A stretch of 64,000 nucleotides of DNA from the NCBI GenBank assembly GCA_046483985.1, contig JAWOCD010000006.1:1-64000 (forward strand). Direction: 5' to 3'. The notes under the pieces are model-generated. The model was not told the origin of the DNA and did not search any database. It was given only the letters and a program-made list of their open reading frames with translations. The translations under genes and the position numbers were made by a program. This document shows positions 21,502 through 31,547 of the stretch, one piece after another (the first letter of the stretch is position 1; every line of letters starts with the position of its first letter). This stretch comes from Promethearchaeia archaeon. GTDB taxonomy: Archaea > Asgardarchaeota > Lokiarchaeia > Sigyniarchaeales > SOKP01.

Positions 21502-22035
21502 ATGAGTGATCAGGAAAAAAAGAAAATCGTCCTTATGGGGTTAGATAATAGCGGCAAAACTTCAATAGTTCTCAACCTAATGGATAGAGTAAACCTCTTG
21601 GATTATTTATCATTAGGTCCCACTACTGGAGCTGATGTGATGGATTTTAGTACAAAAAATAAAGAATTCAACATTTGGGATCTAGGAGGTCAGAAAACTT
21701 ATAGAATAGATTATCTTGAAAACTTGGATAAATATGTAACCGGAATCAATAAACTCATCTACGTCATCGATGTGCAAGATGTTGACAGATATGATGATGC
21801 TCTTAACTTTTTGGAAAAGATACTCAATCATCTTCACGAGAACGATTATAACCCTGATCTCAATGTTTTTATCCATAAGTACGATCCACATCTGTTCGAA
21901 GTTTGCCCTGACGTAAATAAAGAGATTATAAATAATTTAATTAAAGATATAAAAAATATTATCCTTGAGCAGTTTTACTATGAAATCTATAAAACGACAA
22001 TTTTTACAACTTTTGAAAAACGTTATGTGCATTAA
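21502..22035 (+). CDS. Arf/Rag-like small GTPase
   Basis: G1 GLDNSGKTS, G2 PTTG, G3 WDLGGQ, G4 HKYD. Confidence 0.9.
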   Translation: MSDQEKKKIVLMGLDNSGKTSIVLNLMDRVNLLDYLSLGPTTGADVMDFSTKNKEFNIWDLGGQKTYRIDYLENLDKYVTGINKLIYVIDVQDVDRYDDALNFLEKILNHLHENDYNPDLNVFIHKYDPHLFEVCPDVNKEIINNLIKDIKNIILEQFYYEIYKTTIFTTFEKRYVH

Positions 22036-22122
22036 TTTGCCTTACATTGTTGGCATGTTCTTAGAGATCAATAAGGTATGAAAATCAAAAAGAAATAAAA
22101 AATTTAAAAATATAATTAAAAT

Positions 22123-25100
22123 TTACCAATAAATCTTTTTTAGGGACTTATGGTATTCGCTTAAGGATTTCACTGAAGGTGGTTGTTTTCTGATCTTTTC
22201 TATGGCGTTGATAATTGCTTCTGCCAAGTGTAGGTTTACAATCACCGGAATATTATAATCAACAGCCATCCTTCTGATTTCGTACTCATCCTTCATAATT
22301 TGTCTGAATTTTTCTTTCGCCGTAGTCGGCAAAGGTATATTTATTACCATGTCAATCTTTCCCTCTTGGAGGCATGCCTTAATATTTGGTTCCTTTCCGT
22401 ATTCGTGAATTTTGTATAATTTCACGGCTTCTATTCCATTATTTTCAAGCGATTTTGCCGTATCTTCAGTAGCAAAAATAGAAAATCCCAGCGAACTGAT
22501 TTTTTTCGCGACCGGTATGATCTCTTGTTTTAATTTCTTTCCCCCCACAGATATTAAAATATTTCCCCCTTCAACGGGAATATCTTGTTCAGCAGCTTGG
22601 AGTGATTTAATTAATGCGTCTGAAAGAGTATCCCCCAAACAAGCAACTTCCCCTGTACTGGCCATTTCGACTCCTAAAATTATATCTGCTTTATCCAAGC
22701 GCATAAAAGAAAACATCGGAGACTTTACGCCTACAAAGTCTCCATAAGGTAAATTCAGAATATCCTCAGGTATTTTATTACCCATAATTACCTGGGCTGC
22801 GAGTTTCATTAAATTAATTCCCCTACATTTTGAAACATAGGGCATACTTCGGCTTGAACGAAGATTACACTCAATAACGTAAACTTCTTCATTTTTTACA
22901 AGATATTGGACATTAAACGGTCCCTTAATTTTGAGCGCTAGGGCAATTTCCTTGGTATATTTCCTAATTTGCTCAATTACTTTATTAGAAACTGTATGTG
23001 GAGGGATTGTCATTGTTGCATCGCCGCTATGGACTCCCGCATTTTCAATATGCTCTACGACTGCCCCAATAAGTACATTCTCTTGGTCACTAACCCCGTC
23101 ACATTCGACTTCCCTGGCATCTCTAAAGAATTTGGTCACGACAACGGGATACTCCTTTGAAACTGCTGCTGCAAGGTCAAGGGTATCCTTAAGAGTTTCC
23201 TCATCGTAGCAGACTCTCATAGCCGCTCCACTTAATACATACGAAGGACGAACAAGTACTGGATATTCTACTTCCTTCGCGAATTCCAAGGCTTTACCCT
23301 TTTCCGTTAATGCTGCCCATCTCGGTTGTTTTATGCCAAGTTGATCTAAGAGTGTGCTGAATTTCGCTCTATCTTCAGCCATATCAATCCTTGACCCGTG
23401 TGTTCCAAGAATCTTTACATTAGTTTTTCGATAGAAATCCCGATACTTGGCAAATTTTGCCGCGAGATTTTGGGCAATTTGGCCTCCTGCCGATAGCACA
23501 ATACCCTTAGCCTTTTCTAATTCGCAAATATCTAAAACTTTCTCCCCCGAAAGTTCTTCAAAATATAATCTGTCGGAGACATCGTAGTCTGTACTCACGG
23601 TTTCTGGATTGTAATTTATAAGGATTGCCTTATCCACTCCAAGTTCTTGTAAACCCCATAAGCAATTCACAGAACCCCAATCAAATTCAACACTGGCGCC
23701 AATTCGGTAAGTGCCAGAGCCTAATACAATAACTTTATTGATATTTTGTTTATTCTCTTTTTGATAATCAATATCATGTTTACAACCCCAATAGGTCAAA
23801 TATAGATAATGTCGCTCGGGAGCACATTGTCCAGCAAGTGTATCAATTTGTTTAACATAGGGCTTAATCCCAGTTTTCTTTCTAAAGCGTCTAATTGCTG
23901 TAGTTTCCAACCCCATTATTTTTGCAATCTGCCCATCTGAAAAGCCATATCGTTTTGCTTTATGGATTAAATACTTTTTGTCACGTTTTGAAGATTTTAA
24001 GAAATTATGCTCGCGCAATTCATTCTCAATATCCACAATATTTTCCAATTTATAGAGAAACCATTTATCAATGCGGGTTCTATCGTATATTTCATCTATA
24101 GAGAGCCCTCTCTTAATAGCCTCGGCAATACGTAAAAATCGTAAGTCTGTGGGATTGCGTAGGATAAATTTTAATTCATTAATATTCTCTAATGGCTCAA
24201 CATCATTCCCAACAAACCCTTTTAACCCAATATCAAGCATCCGTAAAGCTTTTTGACATACCTCTTCAAAATTACGGCCAATACTCATACATTCCCCGAC
24301 ACTTTTCATTTGAGAGCCGATATGTCTGTCTACTTCTTCAAATTTTGTTAAGTCAAACCGCGGAAATTTTAACACCATATAATCAGTGGCGGGTTCGAAA
24401 TTAGCCGTTGTTTTAAGGGTAATCTGATTTTTCAATTCGGGTAAATCATATCCAATCGCCAATTTAGCAGCGATATAGGCCAATGGATAACCTGTTGCTT
24501 TTGAAGCAAGAGCGGATGATCGAGATAAGCGCGCATTTATTTCGATCCCCCGATATTCCTTTGAGGAAGGATCCAGTGCCCACTGAATATTACATTCTCC
24601 AACAATACCAATGCTACGAACTACTCTAAGAGAAGCAGATCGTAACATTTGTAATTCTTCATCCGTCAAGGTCTGAGCAGGTGCACAGACAATACTATCT
24701 CCCGTATGAATCCCGCAAGGGTCTATATTTTCCATGCTACAATTAATAAAGCAATTATCTTGGGCATCTCTGAGAATTTCAAATTCAATTTCTTTCCAAC
24801 CCCAAACCGATTCTTCAATTAAAATTTGATGGATTCGGGATTGAGCAAGACCACGTTTGGCCATTCGCTCGAATTGATCCCAATCACGAATAATGCCAGA
24901 TCCTTTACCCCCGAGAACATATGCAACTCGTAACATCAAGGGAAAGCCGAATTCTTCTGCCGCCTTTTTTGCTTCGACATAAGAATTCACAGCCCGACTC
25001 CGACAGACGGGTGCTTTAGCTTTATTCATTGCCTTGACAAACTGATCTCTATCTTCAGTAGCTTCAATTGCGTGAATGGGGGTTCCCAAGACTCTGAGAT

Positions 25101-25434
25101 TGTATTTGTCTAATATACCAGCCTCTTTTAATTCAACTCCTACATTTAATGCCGTTTGACCTCCAAATGATAAGCAAATCCCATCAGGCTTTTCCTTTTT
25201 AATTATATCTTCCACATAGTTTATATCGATGGGAACCAAATAGACCCGATCAGCCATTTGGGGATCAGTTTGGATGGTAGCAATATTTGGATTAACCAAA
25301 ACTGTCTCGATATCCTCTTCATTAAGAGCCTTTAACACTTGAGAACCGGAATAGTCAAATTCTCCTGCTTGCCCTATTCGGACCGCGCCAGAACCCAGTA
25401 CCATTACTTTCTTTAGTGATTTATCCAACGGCAT
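22123..25434 (-). CDS. carB: Carbamoyl-phosphate synthase large subunit (copy 2)
   Basis: IGQAGEFDYSG, GIHTGDS, IEINARLSRSSALASKATGYPLA, VRPSYVLSG, GVHSGDA, IECNLRSSRS and an MGS domain. Confidence 0.97.
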   Translation of the reverse strand: MPLDKSLKKVMVLGSGAVRIGQAGEFDYSGSQVLKALNEEDIETVLVNPNIATIQTDPQMADRVYLVPIDINYVEDIIKKEKPDGICLSFGGQTALNVGVELKEAGILDKYNLRVLGTPIHAIEATEDRDQFVKAMNKAKAPVCRSRAVNSYVEAKKAAEEFGFPLMLRVAYVLGGKGSGIIRDWDQFERMAKRGLAQSRIHQILIEESVWGWKEIEFEILRDAQDNCFINCSMENIDPCGIHTGDSIVCAPAQTLTDEELQMLRSASLRVVRSIGIVGECNIQWALDPSSKEYRGIEINARLSRSSALASKATGYPLAYIAAKLAIGYDLPELKNQITLKTTANFEPATDYMVLKFPRFDLTKFEEVDRHIGSQMKSVGECMSIGRNFEEVCQKALRMLDIGLKGFVGNDVEPLENINELKFILRNPTDLRFLRIAEAIKRGLSIDEIYDRTRIDKWFLYKLENIVDIENELREHNFLKSSKRDKKYLIHKAKRYGFSDGQIAKIMGLETTAIRRFRKKTGIKPYVKQIDTLAGQCAPERHYLYLTYWGCKHDIDYQKENKQNINKVIVLGSGTYRIGASVEFDWGSVNCLWGLQELGVDKAILINYNPETVSTDYDVSDRLYFEELSGEKVLDICELEKAKGIVLSAGGQIAQNLAAKFAKYRDFYRKTNVKILGTHGSRIDMAEDRAKFSTLLDQLGIKQPRWAALTEKGKALEFAKEVEYPVLVRPSYVLSGAAMRVCYDEETLKDTLDLAAAVSKEYPVVVTKFFRDAREVECDGVSDQENVLIGAVVEHIENAGVHSGDATMTIPPHTVSNKVIEQIRKYTKEIALALKIKGPFNVQYLVKNEEVYVIECNLRSSRSMPYVSKCRGINLMKLAAQVIMGNKIPEDILNLPYGDFVGVKSPMFSFMRLDKADIILGVEMASTGEVACLGDTLSDALIKSLQAAEQDIPVEGGNILISVGGKKLKQEIIPVAKKISSLGFSIFATEDTAKSLENNGIEAVKLYKIHEYGKEPNIKACLQEGKIDMVINIPLPTTAKEKFRQIMKDEYEIRRMAVDYNIPVIVNLHLAEAIINAIEKIRKQPPSVKSLSEYHKSLKKIYW

Positions 25435-26573
25435 TATTTTTTCACCTCCAGAAAGTCTAAAAATTTGTCAAATATCAGTTTTCTCATGTCTAATGCTCCA
25501 GGTGAAGCTTCAGGATTAAAATTAACCCCAAATATGGGTTTTTCCTCGTGAATAATTCCTTCATTGGATTCATCATCCTTATCATGAAAAAATCCAGTAA
25601 ATTCATTGATATCTCCTTGCTCTAAACAGTAATCATGATTTTGAAAGGTAATATAACACTGACCCGTTGCGGTTTCAACCGTAGTCCTTCCGCCTCTATG
25701 CTCAGCGGTCATTTTATACACTTTTCCGCCAGCAGCCAATCCGAGAACACTAGTTCCCAATCCGATTCCCATGGTTGGAAATGATTCTTTAATCAACTGG
25801 TTCGCTAATTCAATAGGACTTTCATAGATTGAAGGGTTCCCAGGACCATTCGGAAATATAATTCCATCGGGCTGGAGTTCCATAATTTTCTTGTAATTAT
25901 AGAGGTAAGGTACCACAATCACATCCAAATTCCTTGATAACAAGGTGCGAATGATATTATTTTTGATTCCTAGATCAAGGATAACTACTTTTCCACGTGG
26001 ATCCTTGACTTTATATTTGATCTTGTCATCCGTAGAAACTCTTTTTACTAAATTCTCATCCAGATTTAATGATTTGTCTTGAATCTCTTGTTTCAGTTTT
26101 TCAAGGTCAAGATCTTGTCCAGATTCAGCAACATTAATTAATCCAAACATACTTTCCTCTTGTACAAGACGTTGTGTAATCACTCGAGTATCAACCCACT
26201 GAATTCCGGGAATATCCTCTTCGATTAGCCAATCTTCTAATGTTTTTATAGATTCATAGTGACTGGGTTTGTCGCAGTATTCATTAACAATTATTCCCGC
26301 TGGATGGATCTCTTGAGATTCAAATTGTTCAATAATTCCGAATTCATCCTTTTTTTTGGCGGGAACCCCGTAATTTCCAATAGAGGGATAGGTAAAGTTT
26401 ACCATTTTTCCTTGAAACGCAGGATCTGTAAGTGACTCAATGTATCCAGCACCGGGGATGCTACAGAACGTAAGTTCCCCCGATACTTTTTTAGTTGAAC
26501 CAAAACCGATACCTTCAAACACAGTTCCATCTTGAAGCACAAGAACTGCTGGCCTTTCATTCTTATATATCAT
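25434..26573 (-). CDS. carA: Carbamoyl-phosphate synthase small subunit homolog lacking the catalytic Cys and His (copy 2)
   Basis: LTDP, TYPSIGNYG, NGPGNP and QNH are present. The nucleophile elbow reads GIGLG and FHPE reads FNPE. Confidence 0.92.
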   Translation of the reverse strand: MIYKNERPAVLVLQDGTVFEGIGFGSTKKVSGELTFCSIPGAGYIESLTDPAFQGKMVNFTYPSIGNYGVPAKKKDEFGIIEQFESQEIHPAGIIVNEYCDKPSHYESIKTLEDWLIEEDIPGIQWVDTRVITQRLVQEESMFGLINVAESGQDLDLEKLKQEIQDKSLNLDENLVKRVSTDDKIKYKVKDPRGKVVILDLGIKNNIIRTLLSRNLDVIVVPYLYNYKKIMELQPDGIIFPNGPGNPSIYESPIELANQLIKESFPTMGIGLGTSVLGLAAGGKVYKMTAEHRGGRTTVETATGQCYITFQNHDYCLEQGDINEFTGFFHDKDDESNEGIIHEEKPIFGVNFNPEASPGALDMRKLIFDKFLDFLEVKK

Positions 26574-26720
26574 AATCGCATTTAATCTTTCATTATATAA
26601 TTGATTAACCTAATTAAATCAACTTAAAGAATATAATTATCATTCGTTAAATAAATAAGAATTTGAAGAAATAAAAAAAAGTTCTAATCAAGAGTAAAAC
26701 ATTTAGAAGAGGTCATAAAT

Positions 26721-27440
26721 ATGAGAATTAGAGAAAAGAAGTGTATCGGTTGCGGTCAATGTGCAATTGTTTGCCCTGTGGGAGCAATAGAAATAAAGAA
26801 TGAAAAGGCAGTAATTGATGATAATTTATGCGTAGAGTGTTCCGTTTGTTATCGAGATGCAAATTGTCCCACCAGTGCAATCCGACCTTCCCGACTAAAA
26901 TGGCCAAGAGTAGTCAGAAATCCATTCAGCGATGTGATTTCGACCCATAAATTAACGGGGGTTCCTGGGAGAGGTACAGAGGAAATGAAAACAAATGATG
27001 TGAGTCATCGGTTTAAGCTTGGAGAAGTAGGATTCTCCATTGAAATCGGTAGACCGGGTGTAAGTACGGTATTAAAAAATGTAAATTTATTTACCGAAAG
27101 ATTAACTCCTTTAGGTGTTATCTATGAGGAGGCAAGTCCGGTTACTGTATTGCTTAACGAAGAAGAAACTAAGATTAAAGAAGATATCGAGGAGGAGAAA
27201 GTACTTTCTGTCATAATCGAATTTAAGGTCCCAAGGGAAAAACTTGAGGAGGTCTTAAAAATAATCGAAGAAGTGGATCAAGAGATCGATACCGTGTTTA
27301 CAGTGGGAGTAATATCTACCTTTGAGGACAACGATCATCTCCCAATACTTGAAGAGATTCAAGATTTGGGGTTTTCAGTAAGACCAAATGCAAAAATTAA
27401 TGTGGGACTCGGGAGAGATTTAATGGAGGAGGAAGCCTAA
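26721..27440 (+). CDS. 2x[4Fe-4S] ferredoxin-domain protein with an uncharacterised C-terminal domain
   Basis: CIGCGQCAIVCP and CVECSVC...CP motifs, followed by TGVPGRGTEEMKTNDV. Confidence 0.85.
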   Translation: MRIREKKCIGCGQCAIVCPVGAIEIKNEKAVIDDNLCVECSVCYRDANCPTSAIRPSRLKWPRVVRNPFSDVISTHKLTGVPGRGTEEMKTNDVSHRFKLGEVGFSIEIGRPGVSTVLKNVNLFTERLTPLGVIYEEASPVTVLLNEEETKIKEDIEEEKVLSVIIEFKVPREKLEEVLKIIEEVDQEIDTVFTVGVISTFEDNDHLPILEEIQDLGFSVRPNAKINVGLGRDLMEEEA

Positions 27441-28022
27441 ATGACGCATTCATTACATCGGACGGGAGCAAAATCACAATTAAAAAACGATTATGTGATA
27501 TTAACCATGTTAGCTGCGGGTTACAACGATAAAGCCCTTGATTCGCGGGAACGACTCATTAGCATTGCAAAAATCATGAAAAATCACAATCCCGTCAATA
27601 TTATGACAAAACGAGCTTGGACTGTATCAACAGTTATCTCTGCAGCATATGATGATAAAGAAGTGGTGAAAGATGTAGTTAATGAGATTAAAGAAGCAGA
27701 CCTTGGCATCTCAATCGTTGTCGAAGGGATAATTGATGAAGTTAGAGAGATCGCAAATGAAATTGGATTAAATCTTAATTCGGCTCATCTTTCACTTGGT
27801 ACGTTTGGTAAAAAAGAACTTCTCCCGTCAGAAAAGGTACTGGAAATCACAAGCATGTGCGGACATCACTGTATTTCTCCCCAATCGGTCTTGCATTATG
27901 TTGATCTCATAAAAAATGATAAGATTAGCGTCGAAAAGGCAGCTGAAAAGATTGCAGAGCCGTGTATCTGTGGGATCTTTAATACGGAAAGAGCAAAAGA
28001 AACTCTAAAGAAATTAAAATAA
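27441..28022 (+). CDS. Hypothetical protein with His/Cys motifs, coupled to the upstream Fe-S gene
   Basis: MTHSLHR N-terminus, MCGHHC and PCICGIFN. Starts 1 bp after the previous stop. Confidence 0.8.
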   Translation: MTHSLHRTGAKSQLKNDYVILTMLAAGYNDKALDSRERLISIAKIMKNHNPVNIMTKRAWTVSTVISAAYDDKEVVKDVVNEIKEADLGISIVVEGIIDEVREIANEIGLNLNSAHLSLGTFGKKELLPSEKVLEITSMCGHHCISPQSVLHYVDLIKNDKISVEKAAEKIAEPCICGIFNTERAKETLKKLK

Positions 28023-28230
28023 TCTATACTTTTTTTTATGAACTGTTTGTTATATTGAAAGAGAAGCAGATTGATGTATGCAATATTCATATATGATCAT
28101 ATTAGATCCTTCCTTAATTTAAGATCTATATTTAAAATAATTTAGAAGAGGAAAAAAATTATCTGGAGAAGGATTAGAAAACTAAATAGAGATAACTTTT
28201 AGCGCTTTTATACTATCAGCAATTTAGGAT

Positions 28231-31200
28231 TTACCAATAAATCTTTTTCAGAGTATCATGATATTCATTCAGAGATTTAATTGTAAGACCATTTGTCCTT
28301 ATATTTTCAATAGCATCTATAACCGCTTTTGCTAATTGCAAGTTTATTATAACGGGAATGTTATAATCGACAGCCATCCGCCGAATTTTGTATTCATCTT
28401 TCATAATCTGTTTAAATTTTTCTTCAGCGGTGGTAGGTAATGGTATATTAACGACCATATCAATTTTCCCCTCTTGAAGGCAACGCATAATATTCGGTTC
28501 CTTTCCATGTTCATGGACCTTATAAAGTCGAACAGCTTCAATTCCGCCTTCCCGTAATGCAATTGCGGTATCTTCAGTGGCAAAGATTGTAAAGCCCAAT
28601 TTCTTAATCCTTTTAGCGATTGGCAAAATTTCCCTTTTTAATTTCTCTCCTCCTACAGAGATTAATATATTTCCTCCTTCAACTGGAATATGCATATCAG
28701 CGGCTTGAAGAGATTTAATCAACGCATCGGGAAAAGTATCCCCCATCGCAGCGACTTCGCCTGTAGAGGCCATTTCCACACCCAGAATAGGATCTGCATT
28801 ATCTAATCGCATAAAGGAAAACATCGGAGACTTAATCGACACATAATCTCCTTGTGGTAAATCCATTATATCTTCTGGAATTAAGTTCCCCATAAATATT
28901 TCAGCTGCCAAACGCATTAAATTAATTCCTCGGGATTTGGAAACATAGGGCATACTTCGACTCGATCGCAAATTACATTCTATTACATATACGGAATCAT
29001 TTTTAACTAAATATTGCAAATTAAATGGCCCACGAATTTTCAGGGCAAGGGCAATTTGACGCGTATAATCTCGTATCTTTTCTATTACAGGATCAGAAAT
29101 CGTTTGAGGGGGAATTGACATTGTTGCATCTCCACTATGTACTCCAGCATTTTCGATATGTTCAACGATTGCTCCAATGAATACTTTCCGTCCATCACAC
29201 ACACCATCACACTCTACTTCCCGAGCATCTGTAAAAAACTTAGTCATTACCACAGGATATTCTTGAGATACGGAGGCTGCTAAATCCAAAGTATCTGTGA
29301 GGGTTTTTTCATCATAACATACTCGCATGGCTGCCCCACTTAATACATAGGACGGACGAACCAGAACGGGATAATTTACCTTATCCGCGAATTTCAAGGC
29401 TTCTTTCTTGGTGGTTAGTGCCTTCCATTGAGGCTGCTTTATATCCAATTGATCTAATAAAGAACTGAATTTACTTCTATCTTCTGCCATATCAATTCTT
29501 GTTCCATGAGTTCCTAAGATATTCAAACCCGCTTTTCCAAAAAACTCAGAATACTTTACAAACTTAGATGCCAAATTATTTGCAATCTGTCCTCCAACTG
29601 AGACCACTATACCATAGGGATTCTCAAGATCGCAGATATCGACTACCCGTTCACCCGAAAGTTCCTCAAAATAAAGTTTATCACTAATATCATAGTCAGT
29701 AGACACGGTTTCGGGATTATAATTAATAATAATGGCTTGATCAACATCTTGTTCCTTTAACCCCCATAAACAGTTTACGGAACCCCAGTCGAATTCCACA
29801 CTGGCACCGATTCGATAGGTCCCACTTCCTAACACAATGATTTTCTTTAGATTTTCTTCTTGTTCCTTTTCATAATTTATATCATGCTCGGAGGCTGAAT
29901 AGGTTAAATATAGATAATTCGTCTTGGCAGGCCATTCTGCTGCTAGAGTATCGATTTGTTTTACAAAAGGACGGATCTGGCATTTTTTCCGGCGGGTACT
30001 TCGTACCGTAATAGTGTCCACATTCATTATGTTCGCAATTTGTCCGTCAGAAAATCCAAACCTTTTTGCTCTTGTAAGCCAATACTTCAATTCTTCCGTT
30101 TCATCTTTAAGGATATTGACATTTTTTAGTTCTTCTTCAATTTCGATAATATGCTTTAATTTATATAAGAACCATTTATCTATCCGGGATAATTCATAAA
30201 TTTCATCAATAGATAGGCCTCTTTTCATAGCCTCCGCTAAGCGAAACACGCGAAAATCAGTGGGGTTACGTAATTCATATTTCAGTTCATTGATATCTTC
30301 AATCGGTTCTAAATCATTTCCTACAAATCCCTTCATTCCGATATCAAGCATGCGAATTGCCTTTTGAATTACTTCCTCAAAAGTTCTACCAATTGACATA
30401 ACTTCACCCACAGATTTCATCTGAGAACCAATGTGGCGATCTACTTTCTCAAACTTGGTTAAATCCCAACGCGGGATCTTTAGGACCAGATAATCCAATG
30501 CAGGTTCAAAGCATGCGGTGGTTACTTTTGTTATTTTGTTTTTTAATTCGTATAAATTATAGCCGATAGCCAACTTGGCCGCGATAAAAGCTAAGGGGTA
30601 TCCAGTCGCTTTTGATGCAAGCGCAGATGAACGTGAAAGACGAGCATTGACTTCGATTACTCGAAATTCTTTGGATTTTGGATGAAGAGCATACTGAATA
30701 TTACACTCTCCAATGATACCTAAACTTCGAATCACGCGAATGGATGCAGAACGGAGCATATGATATTCTTCATTAGTCAATGTTTGACTAGGCGCGATCA
30801 CGATACTTTCTCCCGTGTGGATTCCTACGGGATCAAAATTTTCCATATTACAATTAATAAAACAATTATCTTCTGCATCGCGAACAACTTCATACTCCAC
30901 TTCTTTCCACCCCCACACGGATTCTTCGATTAATATCTGATGTATACGGGACTGTGCGAGTCCTTTTTTGGCCATACGCTTGAAATCTTCCATATTTCGT
31001 ATAATTCCAGAGCCTCTACCCCCTAAGGTATAGGCAACTCGTAGCATTAAAGGAAACCCAAACTCTTCAGCAGCTTTTAAAGCGTTTTGATATGAAGTAA
31101 CAGCCTTACTTTTGCATACTGGTGCTCTTGCCCGATGCATTGCTTGAACAAATTCATCTCTGTCCTCAGTAGCTTGAATTGCCTCAATTGGGGTTCCAAG

Positions 31201-31545
31201 TACGCGTACATCATATTTTTCCAATATCCCATTTTCCTTTAACTCTACACCTACATTAAGAGCAGTTTGACCTCCAAATGCTAAAAGAATGCCATCTGGT
31301 CTTTCTTTTTTAATTACTTCTTCAACATATTTCAGAGTGAGAGGAAGTAGATATACCCGATCCGAAAGCTGAGGATCTGTTTGGATGGTGGCTACATTCG
31401 GATTAATTAAAATCGTTTCTATTCCCTCTTCCTCCAATGCTTTCAAGACTTGTGAACCGGAGTAATCAAACTCTCCCGCTTGACCAATACGAATTCCGCC
31501 CGAACCCAGAACTAATGCCTTTTTAATACTTGTATCCAAGGGCAT
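28231..31545 (-). CDS. carB: Carbamoyl-phosphate synthase large subunit (copy 1)
   Basis: All CarB ATP-grasp motifs present, plus KQIDTLAAEWPAKTNYLYLTY. Confidence 0.97.
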   Translation of the reverse strand: MPLDTSIKKALVLGSGGIRIGQAGEFDYSGSQVLKALEEEGIETILINPNVATIQTDPQLSDRVYLLPLTLKYVEEVIKKERPDGILLAFGGQTALNVGVELKENGILEKYDVRVLGTPIEAIQATEDRDEFVQAMHRARAPVCKSKAVTSYQNALKAAEEFGFPLMLRVAYTLGGRGSGIIRNMEDFKRMAKKGLAQSRIHQILIEESVWGWKEVEYEVVRDAEDNCFINCNMENFDPVGIHTGESIVIAPSQTLTNEEYHMLRSASIRVIRSLGIIGECNIQYALHPKSKEFRVIEVNARLSRSSALASKATGYPLAFIAAKLAIGYNLYELKNKITKVTTACFEPALDYLVLKIPRWDLTKFEKVDRHIGSQMKSVGEVMSIGRTFEEVIQKAIRMLDIGMKGFVGNDLEPIEDINELKYELRNPTDFRVFRLAEAMKRGLSIDEIYELSRIDKWFLYKLKHIIEIEEELKNVNILKDETEELKYWLTRAKRFGFSDGQIANIMNVDTITVRSTRRKKCQIRPFVKQIDTLAAEWPAKTNYLYLTYSASEHDINYEKEQEENLKKIIVLGSGTYRIGASVEFDWGSVNCLWGLKEQDVDQAIIINYNPETVSTDYDISDKLYFEELSGERVVDICDLENPYGIVVSVGGQIANNLASKFVKYSEFFGKAGLNILGTHGTRIDMAEDRSKFSSLLDQLDIKQPQWKALTTKKEALKFADKVNYPVLVRPSYVLSGAAMRVCYDEKTLTDTLDLAASVSQEYPVVMTKFFTDAREVECDGVCDGRKVFIGAIVEHIENAGVHSGDATMSIPPQTISDPVIEKIRDYTRQIALALKIRGPFNLQYLVKNDSVYVIECNLRSSRSMPYVSKSRGINLMRLAAEIFMGNLIPEDIMDLPQGDYVSIKSPMFSFMRLDNADPILGVEMASTGEVAAMGDTFPDALIKSLQAADMHIPVEGGNILISVGGEKLKREILPIAKRIKKLGFTIFATEDTAIALREGGIEAVRLYKVHEHGKEPNIMRCLQEGKIDMVVNIPLPTTAEEKFKQIMKDEYKIRRMAVDYNIPVIINLQLAKAVIDAIENIRTNGLTIKSLNEYHDTLKKIYW

Positions 31546-31547
31546 CT

